This document shows, piece after piece, positions 36,951 to 49,212 of a stretch of 64,000 bases of DNA (positions within the stretch are counted from its first letter, which is position 1; every line of letters starts with the position of its first letter). The stretch is taken from positions 124,001 to 188,000 of the forward strand of contig QPMI01000453.1 in NCBI GenBank assembly GCA_004431415.1, written 5' to 3'. The translations under genes and the position numbers were made by a program. The notes beneath the pieces are model-generated. The model ran no database searches and had not been told where the DNA came from. It was given only the letters and a program-made list of their open reading frames with translations. Source of the stretch: Cyanophora paradoxa CCMP329. Taxonomy: Eukaryota > Plantae > Glaucophyta.

Positions 36951-38203
36951 GAACGACTCGCCTCGCCGGGGCCCCGTGGAGGGCGCCGCAGCAGAGGCCG
37001 GGGGGGCGAGTCGCCGGCGGCCGACAACCGCCCCCCAGCAAGCGGGGCCGGCGGTCGACCGCGAAAGATGGCGGCGCCCGCGCCGGCGCCGGCGCCAGCG
37101 CCGGCCCTCGCGAGGTCATAGCGGAGCTGTGCCCGCAGTGTGGGGCCGAGATCCCCTGCGATTGCGGTGCGCGCCCCGCCCTCGCCCAAGCCGGCCGGGG
37201 CCGAGCCTGACGCACGCGGAGGACAGGCGTGTTGGCGCTGTCGGGGCTGAAGAACGGGCGGCGCGGGGCGGCGGCGGCGGCGGAGCAGAGAGGAGGCCGG
37301 AACGGGGGCGGGCAGCTGCGGTGGGGGGTACCCGGCGAGGCGGGCGGACGGGACAGCGCCTCACAGGGCGGCGGCGGCGCCGCCGGCGCCGGCGGCGGCG
37401 CGCCGCGGGGCCGCCGCTCGCGCAAGGGCGGCGCCTCGAGCGGTTCGGACGATGATGAGCCCCCGCGCCAGTACCGGGGGCCCTACCGCGGGCCGGTGCC
37501 CGTCGCGTACCCCGTGCGCTCCTACGGGTACGGGCACCACGGGTACGAGGGCGGCCGCTGGTACGGCCCCGGGCCTGGCTACGGCCACAGCGCGCCCGTG
37601 TACGCCCCCAACGCCGAGATCCCGTACGGTGGCCACCTACCGCTGCCGTACCCCCCCCATGTGCTCCCCCCCCCCCCCCTCCGAAGCGCGCCCTGCCGAC
37701 GCCATCTCGCGTAGATGCACCCCTACCGGCACGCCGGCCCCCACGATGCGCCCTACGGTATGCCCGCCCACGGATTCGCGTACCCCTACGTGGGCCCCTC
37801 GGGCGAGCCCATGTACGGCCCCGGGGGGCACTTCCCCCCCTCCGAGCGCGGCCCCGGGCCCTACTTCGGGTACGGCTACGCGCACGGGCCGCCCCCGTAC
37901 CCCGATGAGCGCCGCGGGGGGTACGCCGGGCCCGGAGGGCCGTACGGGGAGGAGCGGCGGGGCGGACCCCTGGCGCTTACCTACGATGGCCCCGCCCCCG
38001 GGGAGCACCGGTACCCCCCGGCGTACTGGCGCGCCGCCCCCGTGGACCCGGCCGCGGGACCGGGAGGGGCGTACCCCCCCGGCTCCGCCGCCGCCGCCGC
38101 CGTCGCTGCCGCCGCCTCCGCACGGCACGCGCCCGATGGGTCGCCCCACGGGCAGTGGTCGGCGCCCACACCGCCCCCGCCCCCGCCCGGGGGGTACCTG
38201 TAG
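34795..38203 (+). CDS. Putative transcription factor: low-complexity N-terminus, central beta-rich domain, CxxC-x5-CxC motif, Pro/Tyr/Gly-rich tail
   Basis: Spliced FGIVAST|FRHERRPFVLRVEL...RIEIVTRAHK resembles Ig-fold DNA-binding domains; NLS-like PPSKRGRR; CPQCGAEIPCDC. Apparent frameshift in the G run near 37000. Confidence 0.5.
34980..35121 (+). repeat. 21-bp coding minisatellite (APAEAYA/APVEAGT heptads)
   Basis: gcgcctgcggaggcctacgcc and variants, about 6-7 copies in frame. Confidence 0.85.
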
Positions 38204-38819
38204 CGCGGCGTTGCCGCTCGCCGGACGGACCGCAGGGGTACCTGTAGGGCAGCGCCCGCAGAGCGCGGGCACCTTTTCCAAGGCATTCAGTTTCACAGTC
38301 GATTTAAACATCGATTTCAAATGAGTGGCGCGCTTACCTCTTATCGATCGAATCTCGTACTTGCTGACTAAAATACTCCAGTAGATAGCGTATCATAGTT
38401 TACAAATATACGACAATCCTATGATTAATTGGGGAAGGACCTCCTTCCCCTTCCCCCACTTGTTGGGGAAGGACCTCCTTCCCCTTCCCCCACTTGGGGG
38501 TGTTCGGGTGCCCACCCCAGGCCAAAATGAAATGTCCCGACCTCCCAAAACCCAGGTTTTCTCGCCAGATCCTAGCAAGGCATGTCTCTAGGAGTCCGGA
38601 GACGTGTTTGGGGAGATCCGGGTCCCGTCGGGTCGACCAGGAATGGGCAATAACACATTTTTGAAAAATGCAATCTAGCGCCTCACCAAGTAGCGGTATA
38701 TCTACCGGACCAAGTGCGCCTGCATGCGCTTGATGCGCCCGACGATTCATGTCATACATGCCGAGACCGGAGGGGCACAGGGTGGCCCGCTAGGCCGCCT
38801 CAAGTACCTGTTGTACCGG

Positions 38820-41800
38820 ATGCCGAAAAAAACTGGTCCTTGGAGTTTCGGCCGATTGCTGGGTACGCAAAACCATGTTCTCGTCTATGGCTCGGCGAGG
38901 TGGACGACGGCGTGGCGCCGAGCTGCCGCTGGACATTTCTGAAAGCGACGTTGAGATATGCTCGATGCCTTGCAGCGAACCTCGGGGCTGCGCTCCCGGC
39001 GGCAAATGTGTCCAGTGCGGGAAGCACGTCAAGCAGCCTAAGCACTTGTACGAGCACGTGCGAGAGTGCAGGAGGAAGTCGCTCGCGACGCCGCGTTCCG
39101 GTGCGCGCCGCTTGGCCGAGTGTGCGCCGATGGTTCTGACTGCCCCGCGCCTGCCGCCCGCAGATCCGAGCTCGGCGATTGCGATGTCTTCAAACATGCC
39201 GCTCTCTTGCGAGATGAAAGGTGAGCTCGCATACCGCCCGGCAATCCCGAGCTGGGTGTGTATAGACGCCCGCCTGGCATGACCTCTCGGCCCCAGATGT
39301 GGCCTTGTCGTCGAGCAGCTCCTCTTGCGCATCTTCTTCTTCTCAGCCGCAAGGTGAGCCCTCGAGCCGGCGGCTGCAGAGCTCGCGAGCCAGCGGCCCA
39401 TAGCTAGCCTGCGCCGCGCCGCCACCTCTCTGACCGGGCGCCCGGTTGCAGATCACGGCCTGTCGTCTTCGGTCACTTCTAGCGTCTCTCCTTCTTCTCA
39501 ACCGGACGGTGAGCTCGCACGGCAGCGGCCGCCGGGTCGGGCGGCGCGCGGCCACCTTTCTGACCGGGCGCCCGGTTGCAGATCGCGGCCTCTCGTCTTC
39601 GGTCGCTTCTAGCGTCTCTCCTTCTTCTCTACCGGACGGTGAGGTCGCACGGCAGCGGCCGCCGGGTCGGGCGGCGCGCGGCCACCCTTCTGACCGGGCG
39701 CCCGGTTGCAGATCGCGGCCTCTCGTCTTCGTTCGCTTCTAGCGTCTCTCCTTCTTCTCAACCGGACGGTGAGCTCACATTGTAGCGGCCCCCAGGTAGG
39801 GCGCTGCGGGGCCACCTTTCTGACCGGGTGCCCGGTTGCAGATCACAGCCAGTCATCTCCAGCGGCAATTGCTTCTAGCACTTCTCTTTCAAATTCTTCT
39901 CAGCAGCGGACGGAAGGTGAGCACGCTAGCTGTCACAGCTTCTGAGCAGAGCCTGACTTGATGCAGATCTTGGGGCACGCCCTAGTTCAGGAGGAACCCA
40001 AGATTCCGCGTTTCCATGTAATCCATATATCCACGTACAATCCATGTCCACGTCCACGTCAATCCATGTGCCCACGTCAAACCATATGCCCTCCGCAAAC
40101 CCAGTTGCCGTGTCATGTCCCTGTGCCCAATCGAATCCTGAACTGGCAAAGTCTGCCGCGGCTGAGAAAGCCAAATTGGCTAGGCTGCGGCGGCTTGAGA
40201 GCCAGCTTGTGATTGCGATGGAGCACTATGAGAATAAGGGAATGGCACAGCACACAGTCTCTGGCAGGAGAACCCGGCGATCGGTTCAGAGGTTCAGCAG
40301 TGGGCCAGAGACCAGCGGAGGTGAGGCCAAGACCGAGGCACAACCTCGCCTTGCATGCATTCACACTTGCATTAATGTTTCATACAGAGGATGCGGATGC
40401 GCGTGTGCAAGAGCGTGGACGTGGTAGACGCCGACTCCGAAGGAACGAGCAGGCTGTCTCGTCATCTCCAAGCACAGATGCTGCGCCCAGATCTGCTTCA
40501 AGCAGATCGGCATCTGGGGAGACGGAGAACAGAAGCGCACTACCAGAACCTCTTATCGATCTCGAGATGAGCTCGAGCTCGAGCTCTAGCTGCGAGCCAG
40601 CACGGAGAACCTGCAGAACAGGCGTGCATACAAGGGCAGCAAGAACAAGACGGGCAACACCGACACGTCGACGTGTGCAAGATAGCAACAAGCAGCGTTT
40701 CCAGTGCAACTTCTGTGTATCAAGCTTTGCGAGCGCCAAGCGCAAAGAGAGTCACGTGAAAGAGAAGCACCGGAACCGTAAGTATACTTGAGCTTGCTTG
40801 GACTGAATTCACAATCTCTCGCTCAATTGTCGCCAGTGTCGGATGCAGATCAGAGGAGAGCTGCAGAGAAGGATACGATCGAGGCCTTCTTGCGGGAGTA
40901 CGAAGAGGTCAGCACCATGAAGATTTGTGCTTGCTGTGCCGAGCTCAAGTCAGCTGCAAGCTTCCCAAAAAGACGTCTGTTTCCGGCTACACACCCACTT
41001 ATGGAGGCACTGTATGTCAACACCGAGGCTCTTGCCCAACGGCCTGGCAGTCTGCTGTCAATTGCTTACACAAATCCCAAGCTGGAGGGTATGGCGATTG
41101 CGGCAGTTCTTGTAGATGAGCAAGATCACGGCGGAACGTACCGTGATTCTTGTGAGCGTGGCTGCGCCAAGTCGTGCAAGCAGGCTATCAAGCACATCCA
41201 ACTGTGCTCATCATGCATCGAGATTCTGAAGAAGCGGCACGTTCCTGCGAACTCCGTCATCAATCTTGATTTTGGACACGTTCCAAACGTACTCAAACGT
41301 CTCACCCATTTGGAGGAGAAGCTGATTGCTCTGGCAAGCGCAATGGTCAACGTGAGAACACTGCACCAGAAAGGTGGTCAGCGGGAGTCCTCTGGCAACT
41401 GCATCTCGTACTGGAACAAACCTGGTCATCTTGTACGTCGCTTGCCTCGGCGCACGACGCAGGCAGACACAGTCTTCGTCTCCAGCACTGGCAAGCACAA
41501 GGATGTTCGAATGGAAGTTCGCCCCGAGCTTCTCCGTGCTGCACTTCAAGAATTGCTAGAGGTACATGAAGCCATGGCTGCATTGCATTTTAATTATGTG
41601 CAAATTGCTTACAAAGTTCGTGCAGAACAATTCACTGTACCAGAAGTTCAAGGCTGTGATTGATGAGTCCAACCTTGAGGAGTACAGCTCGGGGCACATG
41701 CAGGTTCCTGTGGCAACATCGTTGCTAGTTACTCCGACACCACCTGCGCCTGCTGCCGCCTCCGGTCCCGAACCTGTTCCATCTTCAGACGAGGGGTCTG

Positions 41801-44800
41801 AGATGGAGATTGATTCTGAAGACCTGCTTATTATCACAGACAGTCTCGACCAAGCATCTGAACAGGAGCTGCAAGATGCACCTCAGCGGGACATGCTTGT
41901 TATTTTCGACGACGCCGGAGAGTCAGCTGCAGAATCCATTCACAGGTTGCTTCCAAGAGAAAGAACGGATCAGAATGAGGACGACTCACCTGCAGTCGAG
42001 GAGGAGATGATGCCTGATGGCGACGCAGGATCCGGGAGTGAAGAATCGCAAACACCAGATGCAGGTCCAGCGCCACCTCCAGGCCATCAGCCTGACAAGC
42101 CAACAATTCAACTCGAGGCTTTTTGTGATGCTGTGAAGGATTTTGCAGAAACAGAGCTCTATGCTTTGTGTTTCCCTACCTTGTATCCGTACGGACGAGG
42201 ATCGTATGCGGATGTACAGTTCCAAGTCAAGGATGAGTCAGCATACGTTGAGCACTGTCTTCGTTTTTATGACCAGCGCTTTGCACGGCATCCCCAGTTC
42301 CTGTTCTACGCCCTGAACGTTCTTGAGGTGAGGACAATCTGCCATTTTGGGCCGTGTCATATTTCAAATCCCATTGCTTGCAGAGGAAACGAGCCTGCAA
42401 GATTGCTTACCGGCTGGACAAGCACATCAACGAAGGGGGATCTCCAACTCTCCGTGATCTGCTCCAGATCAAAACAGGGATGACCACAGACAAGGCCAAA
42501 TCGATTTTTGCGCGACTAATTCCCTGGTTCAAGGTGTAAGTGGATGCACCCAAGAAACACTAAAAACTGTGCTCACTTCCAGGTGAACAGTTTGCGAGAT
42601 ACTGCTGCATACTGGAAGAGTGTCAGAGCTCAAGTATTTGCAATGATCAACAGCTTGTCTCTGAAAGAGGTGCACACAATAGAACCTGGAAAAAAATTAC
42701 GATCAGTTGACGTGCCTTCTCACAGGTCAAGGTTCCAACGTGGTTCCTGACGCTCTCAGCTGCCGAGATGTACTGGCCTGAACTTGCCATCGCTGCTGGT
42801 TATGCAAAAACGAAGGACGAGGCACGGGCCATGTCCAAGGCTGACCGCCTTCGAATTATTGCAGAGAATCCAGTTCTCGCGGCGGACCTATTTATGAAGA
42901 GGTCAGGCCCCCCACCTCTTGAGGCACAAGAGAGTTTGAATTCAAAGTGAACCTAGGTGGTGAACCTGAATTCTTGAACGTTGTTCTCAAGGGGCCTGCT
43001 AAGCCACTTGGTGACATAAAGGACTTCTTCTGGCGAGTCGAGTGTCAGGTACATCGAAATCATTCACAAAACCATAGCAGTTGAGATAACCTCATGATCA
43101 TGCCAGGCACGTGGAAGCTTGCACGTGCATGCGCTGTTCTGGTCTCTCTTGTTCTTTGCGGAGAGCAACTCGTGGGAGGACCCATCCAGGTACATACAGG
43201 ACCCGGAGAAGCGAGCCAGTGCAGCAGCTGTGTTTGATAACTACGTCAAGGCAATGCGGATGTGGCAGAGCATGCAGTCAGAGCATGAATCTGCACCTGG
43301 CCAGGATGAACATCATGGCCCAGAGACTGCCCAGGAGAAGGCACCGTCGACACAAGATGAGGCCTGTGAAGTTCTCACTCACGACCCTCCAATTGCGAGT
43401 CTCGACGACCCCGAGCTCCTGCAATTCCTTGACAAGATCATTGGATGCACCCACATCCACACCCATAGTTCAACATGCTTCAAGAAGCGTGAGCCAAGAA
43501 CAAAACCAACCCAAATGCAAAGCACTCACTCTCTTCGCAGATCCGACTGATTGTCGTTTCGAGTTTCCAAAGGAGTGTGTGGAGAAGACGGAGGTCATCT
43601 ACGATGAAGAGGAAGGCCGAGCTGAAGTGCGAGTCCACATCAAGCTTCAGCGGGACGACCCAAACGTTGTCGAACACTCGCCTCTAATTGTCGTAATCTG
43701 GAGGGCAAACACGAATCTCAGGGTTGTTGTCAACGCCTATGCAGCGGCACAGTACGTGGCCGCGTACTCTTCCAAGTGCGAACCAGACTTTCGCGTCCTC
43801 TTGGAGCACATCAAGTCCGCAGTCACCAACGGGTTCAACAACAATTCCTGCCAGAGACGCATCATTCAATCAGTTGGAAACACCCTGATCGGAGTCCGTG
43901 CCGTACCAGCCCAGATGGCTGCTGCGTTGCTGCTGAAGCTTGACCTCTACGAGAAGTCAAGAACAACAGTTCAGCTCAGCATACCCATGCCAGGGAGGGG
44001 TACCGTGTTCTTGCCCGACGAAGTGCCACGGCTGCATCCAGATGAGGATGGAGACGTGCCAGCCACAGAAATCAACCCAGGAGCGCGAGTGTCGGAGTAC
44101 ATGAACAGACCTTCTGGAGTTTGTGAAATCAACGACCGTGGTGCAGCTTTCTCGAATCCAATCCACATTACATCCAGCTACTGACCTCGATATGCAGAGT
44201 ACGATTGGGACTCAATGGCCATCCATGATTACGCTGCGAACTTCGAGCGTCACTACGGGAAGAAGACGTGAGCTGTGCTTCAATCTCACATGGAGATTGA
44301 AATCATTTACCTTCGCACAGGGCAAGTTGCATTGAGAACAGGACTGGCCACATCATCAGGGCAAGAACTCGAGAGGCAGTGGTTATGATTCGACCGTACC
44401 TTCCTGTTGACCCCGATGATGAGGATTCGGCGTACTGTCTTCTGTTTCAGCACAAACCGTTCCGCCAGCTGGACAAGCTCATTCCCGAGGGCAAGACTGC
44501 TGTTCAAGAGCTTGCTTTCCTCTTGAGCCCTGACGCTGGAGATCAGCAATTGCCAGAGGCTGTCCGGATCCAGATCTCTCACATGAGGCGGCTGGAAGAC
44601 ATGTGGCATGAGCAGGCTGAAGAACGCCGTTCGGCCAAGGCGCAAGCAGCTCACGATGCTGGTGAACCGCGAGAGGATGATGATGAAGACGTGGGTGACA
44701 TCACAGCCCTGTTTGACGGACCAGCTGCAACCGCCTCATCCGATGATTCATCTGATGAGGAGGATACTGTTCACCGAGAGTGCAAGCCTACTCGAGTTTC

Positions 44801-46817
44801 AGCTTGTGAATATCAAGATGCTAGCAAGTTCATTGCTAATCAAACGGAGAGTTTGCAGCAGCGGATACGGGCAGACCTGGAGAACGACGCCAGCATGCAC
44901 GACCCAAACGACAAAAGGTAACAAATGGCTGTTTTCAGTCTGAATGTCAAATAAGGATGATTAATATTAATGCTTCTCACGCTTCAGGATGCGGGATCCT
45001 CGTCTTGCAAACGACCCAGGAGCAAATCTTGACAAGGATGGCCAGCGGATCATTTACGATCTTGTGCTGAACGCCGTGCTGGAACAGAATGGAAAAGAGC
45101 AGCTCATTCTGCTGGCTACAGGCGCGGCTGGAGTTGGGAAGACAGTCATAGTCAACGCACTTGTGAAGGCGATCCGCCAAGCCGTTCCGTTCGACAAGTC
45201 GTCCCACCACGGTCCAGTTGCTGTCTGTGCGCCCACTGGCAACGCATCTTTCCTCATCCACGGCATCACAATTCACCGCTTTCTGCATCTGTCCATCGGC
45301 TCCCCTTCTGCACAGATGAGCAATCAGCTCACATCAGATCTCGAGCGTGAGATAGGTGATGTCAAGGTACTCATCATTGATGAGATCAGCATGGTGGGTG
45401 CGAGGATGATGTACTGCTTGGACCAGCGCCTTCGCAAGGCCCGTTGTAAACCCGACCTGATGTTTGGTGGCATCCACGTCGTTTTCTTCGGAGATTTCAA
45501 GCAGCTCCAGCCAGTGATGGACAAACCCCTGTACCAAGAGCCAGAAGCAATCCCTTCTGGGAGCACTGAGGCACAGGTTGAAGCACAAGTGCGTGTTTGC
45601 AAACAATACCTTGACCTTTACAGCTGCTACTTACAGATTTGTTACAGCTTGGACTTCACCTGTGGCGTCAGGCTGTGAAAAAGGCAGTCATCCTCACGAA
45701 GGTGTTCAGACAAACAGACACGGACGATTTGTACAAGATCCTCGCCGTCATACGGAATGCCTCCACAGAGCAGTACTCCCACATCGTTCGGAAGTTGAAC
45801 ACAAGGGTGCTTCGGCCCGGAGAAGACATCCCCCTGGATGCCTTGTGCCTGGCAGCAACGCACAAGGTCAAGAACGAGCTCAACTCAAGGCTTCTCAGCA
45901 AGCTTGAGAAACAGGCTCCTCGCTCTCACCATGCCCGGGTCACAATCGTCGCTCATCACCTGCCGTCAACAGAGAATCCTGCAGACTTCAGCGAGCCAGT
46001 CTCAAGAGAAGATATGCTTGCCGACAATGACCACGGAGACAACGAGGTCAATGATGATGTCCGTGACCTCGACCTCGACCCCACTCAACCTACACGCAAG
46101 CGAACATATAAGCGCAAGTTCAACACTGAGGAGAAGTACGAGAAAATGCTTCGAGGACTGCTGACTAAGGATGAGAAGTGGAAGCGGAATGGACTGCCTG
46201 CCGAGATCACACTTGCACGTGGAGCTAAAGTCATGATAACAAGAAATCTTAGCAAGTGTTCATCGCTGGGTCTCACCAACGGAACGGTTGTTACAGTGGA
46301 AGACATTATCCTTCCAGAAGGAGCACCTGCACTTCCAAAGAACCACGACGAGATGATCAAGGGCAGGGCAAAGTACAAGCCGCCTATTGTTCTCGTGCGG
46401 ATCCCCCGAGATCACTACAGAGGAGAGTCGTACAGACCTGTTCCTGATGGCGAGGATCCCATAGTTCCAATACCACCAGTCACGTCCCGGGTCTCCTACT
46501 ATGGCGAAACATCGTTTCGACTGCAGCTTCCCCTTGCATTAGCATTCTCGATCACGATCCACAAGAGTCAAGGGGCCACCTGCAAGAAGATTGTGGTCGA
46601 CGTGGGGAATCCCTTCTGCTATGGGCAAGTTTACGTTGGCCTGAGCCGATGCACATCTCTTGAAGGTGTCCATCTCCTGCGACCAGTAACAGTGGATATT
46701 CTGCAAAGATTCAAGGAGACGCAAGACAAGATTGACAAGGAGTACGAGCGGTTGGCTCTCATGGACTCGGCAACTCGGGAGTCCCACTCTGAGCATCACG
46801 CCTGGCGACTTGTATAG
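38820..46817 (+). CDS. Helitron Rep (HUH/Y2)-PIF1 helicase with N-terminal zinc fingers, about 20 exons; start codon uncertain (38820 or 38875)
   Basis: CVQC..HLYEHVREC and CNFC..HVKEKH fingers; CFPTLYPYG, RFARHPQF, WFLTLSAAE, WRVECQ|ARGSLHVHALFW (HUH), YVAAYSSK (two Tyr), TGAAGVGKT, IIDEISMV, GDFKQLQPV, TIHKSQG, YVGLSR. No C-terminal AP endonuclease. Confidence 0.92.
39420..39925 (+). repeat. 130-bp tandem repeat (x4), each unit one intron plus one 57-nt exon
   Basis: ctgaccgggcgcccggttgcag|atc...ccggacg|gtgag recurring with exon starts at 39452, 39582, 39712, 39842. Confidence 0.9.
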
Positions 46818-49212
46818 TAGTTGATTAGCTAGATAGATCAAAACGAATCAAGAATCACTCACAGTCGTACCCTACTACAAAAGACGTGAGAGGGACTGCA
46901 GAAGCAAAACATGTAAGATCTGCCAGAGTGCCTAGAAGCTCGGGAGGCCGACTGCACCTTGGTGCTTTTTTCCAGCACACAGAAGGCCAAGCTCTAGCTG
47001 ATTTAAAGAGAATTGGGACCAGCGAACGCCAGGGCTCGTTGGCTTCACCTGTTGAAGCAAGCCTGCAGCAGTGCCCAAACTTTTGAAAGGCAATGAGTCA
47101 GGTAGGTGAAATGTCATCCAGACAGGAAAACAGAGTAAGAGGATCGCATACTTGGCTAGAGGCGCTGTAGATGAGATGATGATGACCAGCTCGCGGGGCG
47201 CATTCGGGCTCGAATGGCTGCTCGTGCAACACCAACTGAAGCTTTCAAGCATGAGCTCGAGTTTCTTCCAGCGCGGCGGCCGAGGCAGGAACGGGCAGAG
47301 CTTAGCATGCGCACCAGTGGAACAAATGAGATCACGCTTCACAGGCACGAAGCGCGGAGCTGCGGCTCGTGAGAAGTGAGAAGGCGGCGGGCGCCGAAGC
47401 CAGGACGATGATGCGATCCATCGAACCTGGTGCGACCGGAGGCAGATGGTCCCTGGCGCACTGCGAGCATAACGTACTGATGCGCTAGAGTGCCGACGGC
47501 AGCGCGGCGGATCGTCGCGCGCGCAAGGAAGGCTCGGCGGCATGACCGAAGTGGAGCCGGAAGTTCGCCGGGCAGGGCGAGCGATCCCTGCATCAGAGCA
47601 TTGCAAATGCTTAGCTAGAGCACTTCGCCGAAGCGCCGAGCTCACCTGGCGAAGGGGCGGTTTCAGCCCACACACATCTCGTGGGAGAGCTCCTGCGCTT
47701 CAGAAGCCAGGCAAACGTCTCTCGCAGCGAGTCCGAGTCTACGTGCACGCTCTCGGCAGCTCGCTGGGAGCTCCGAAGGCTTGCACGTCCAGTGACGTGT
47801 ACCCGTCTGCCATTTCGCCCCCGTCCGGGCCGTCAGGCACCCAGCTCGGAGCACGGCAGCGCGCGCCACGCTGTGTTCCAGTGCAGTCTTTTAGCGCCCG
47901 CGTGGCTTCACCGTCCGCAGGTATCGAGCGCACAGTCTCGCGGCCTCTAGTGTGGTTCACTCCGCGCGCCACGCTGCGCGGCACCGCAGGGGTTCTCGTT
48001 TGATCTCTCTTCACTCTTCGAAGGGAACAGATTGCGACCGGTGCTCCACTCTGAGCAGTCTGGCTGTCCATCGCATCTGTCCTGCAGGCCTAGGTGCGCT
48101 TCCTGTCCTCTGCTCGTCTGGTCTGTAGATCGGATTCCACCTACCTGACTGATTGTCTTCGGTCACAGCAGAAGGCCCGATTCGGGAGCTTAAGCCGAAA
48201 GGCCCTGCCGTTCTTCGGCCGCACTTCTCCGTCTATAGCTAGCAGCTACAGCTTCGCCACCAAGGTACATTCGGGCTTCTACGTACATTCGGGCTTCCAC
48301 TTCTATAGCTAGGCACCATCTCCTATCAGCTGCACACACTACACGATCCCTTTCCTGCTCAGAACTTAGAGGTCCTTCCCCTCCAACAGGGCCACTGCGA
48401 CAGCAGTGTCCCTGTTCCGTTCATATTGCATCTTCGCAGTGGGCACTGTGCACTGCCGCAGTGCGGCGCCGGCATCATGGCATGCGCATGCCATCATGCC
48501 ATGATGGCATGATGATCATCGGAGTCGGCGGCGTCCCCTCCGGCCCCGGCATGCGCATCCGCTACACTTGATTATAATTAGATGTACTACGGTACTACGG
48601 TAGAACGGTGCTTTGAATTCTCATGATCATATGTGCACTTCAAGTCCGACGGTCACTGAGTTCCGATACTTCTACGTGTGCTGGCCATGCATAGCTCCAG
48701 CCCGATGACTATTGGAATCAGGCTGGAGTCCAGCCTGTACATGTATAGGATTCAGGCTAGTCTGCTTTCTAAACAGGCTACTAGGCTATCCTGTTTAGCA
48801 ATCAGGCTGCAGTCGGGCTGGCAGCTGGCCGGCGGGGCAAGCCGCTGAGCGGCCCAGCCTGATTTCTCTTGAGCTTCGCCCGGCACCGGCCGCGCCTCGG
48901 GGAGCACAAGCGCTTAAGCGCGCCCTTCTGTGCATAGAATGCACCGCGGCCGTTCAGTGATAATATTGATCCGGGGCCGCGAAGGCCGAGAATACGCAGG
49001 ACATGATCTCTTAAAAGGGCGATCATCGGATCTCGAAGGCCGAAAAGGGCGATCTCGAAGGCCGAGAATACCTAAACATCATCTCTAAAATGCGATCCCT
49101 CTCAAGAGATGCGCTGAAAGAGGCTTAAAGTCTTGAAAACGATACACTAAACTAAACATACACGCACTAAATCAGAGGCTGGCTACCTGGAGCTCGAAGA
49201 GCGCACTCGATC

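Larger units (their letters stand above)
38429..48421 (+). mobile_element. Helitron2/Helentron-type rolling-circle transposon, apparently full length
   Basis: 5' TT then ggggaaggacctc (within hairpin ggggaagga-cc-tccttcccc); exact reverse complement gaggtccttcccc at 48369-48381, then stem-loop aacaggg-c-cactgc-gaca-gcagtg-t-ccctgtt (48385-48416) and TT. GC content is lower than the host genes and it encodes Rep-PIF1. Confidence 0.9.

Noticed and set aside
46886-48312. Fanzor/TnpB or AP endonuclease carried by the Helitron
   Set aside because: No RuvC, zinc-finger or endonuclease motifs in the frames I read.
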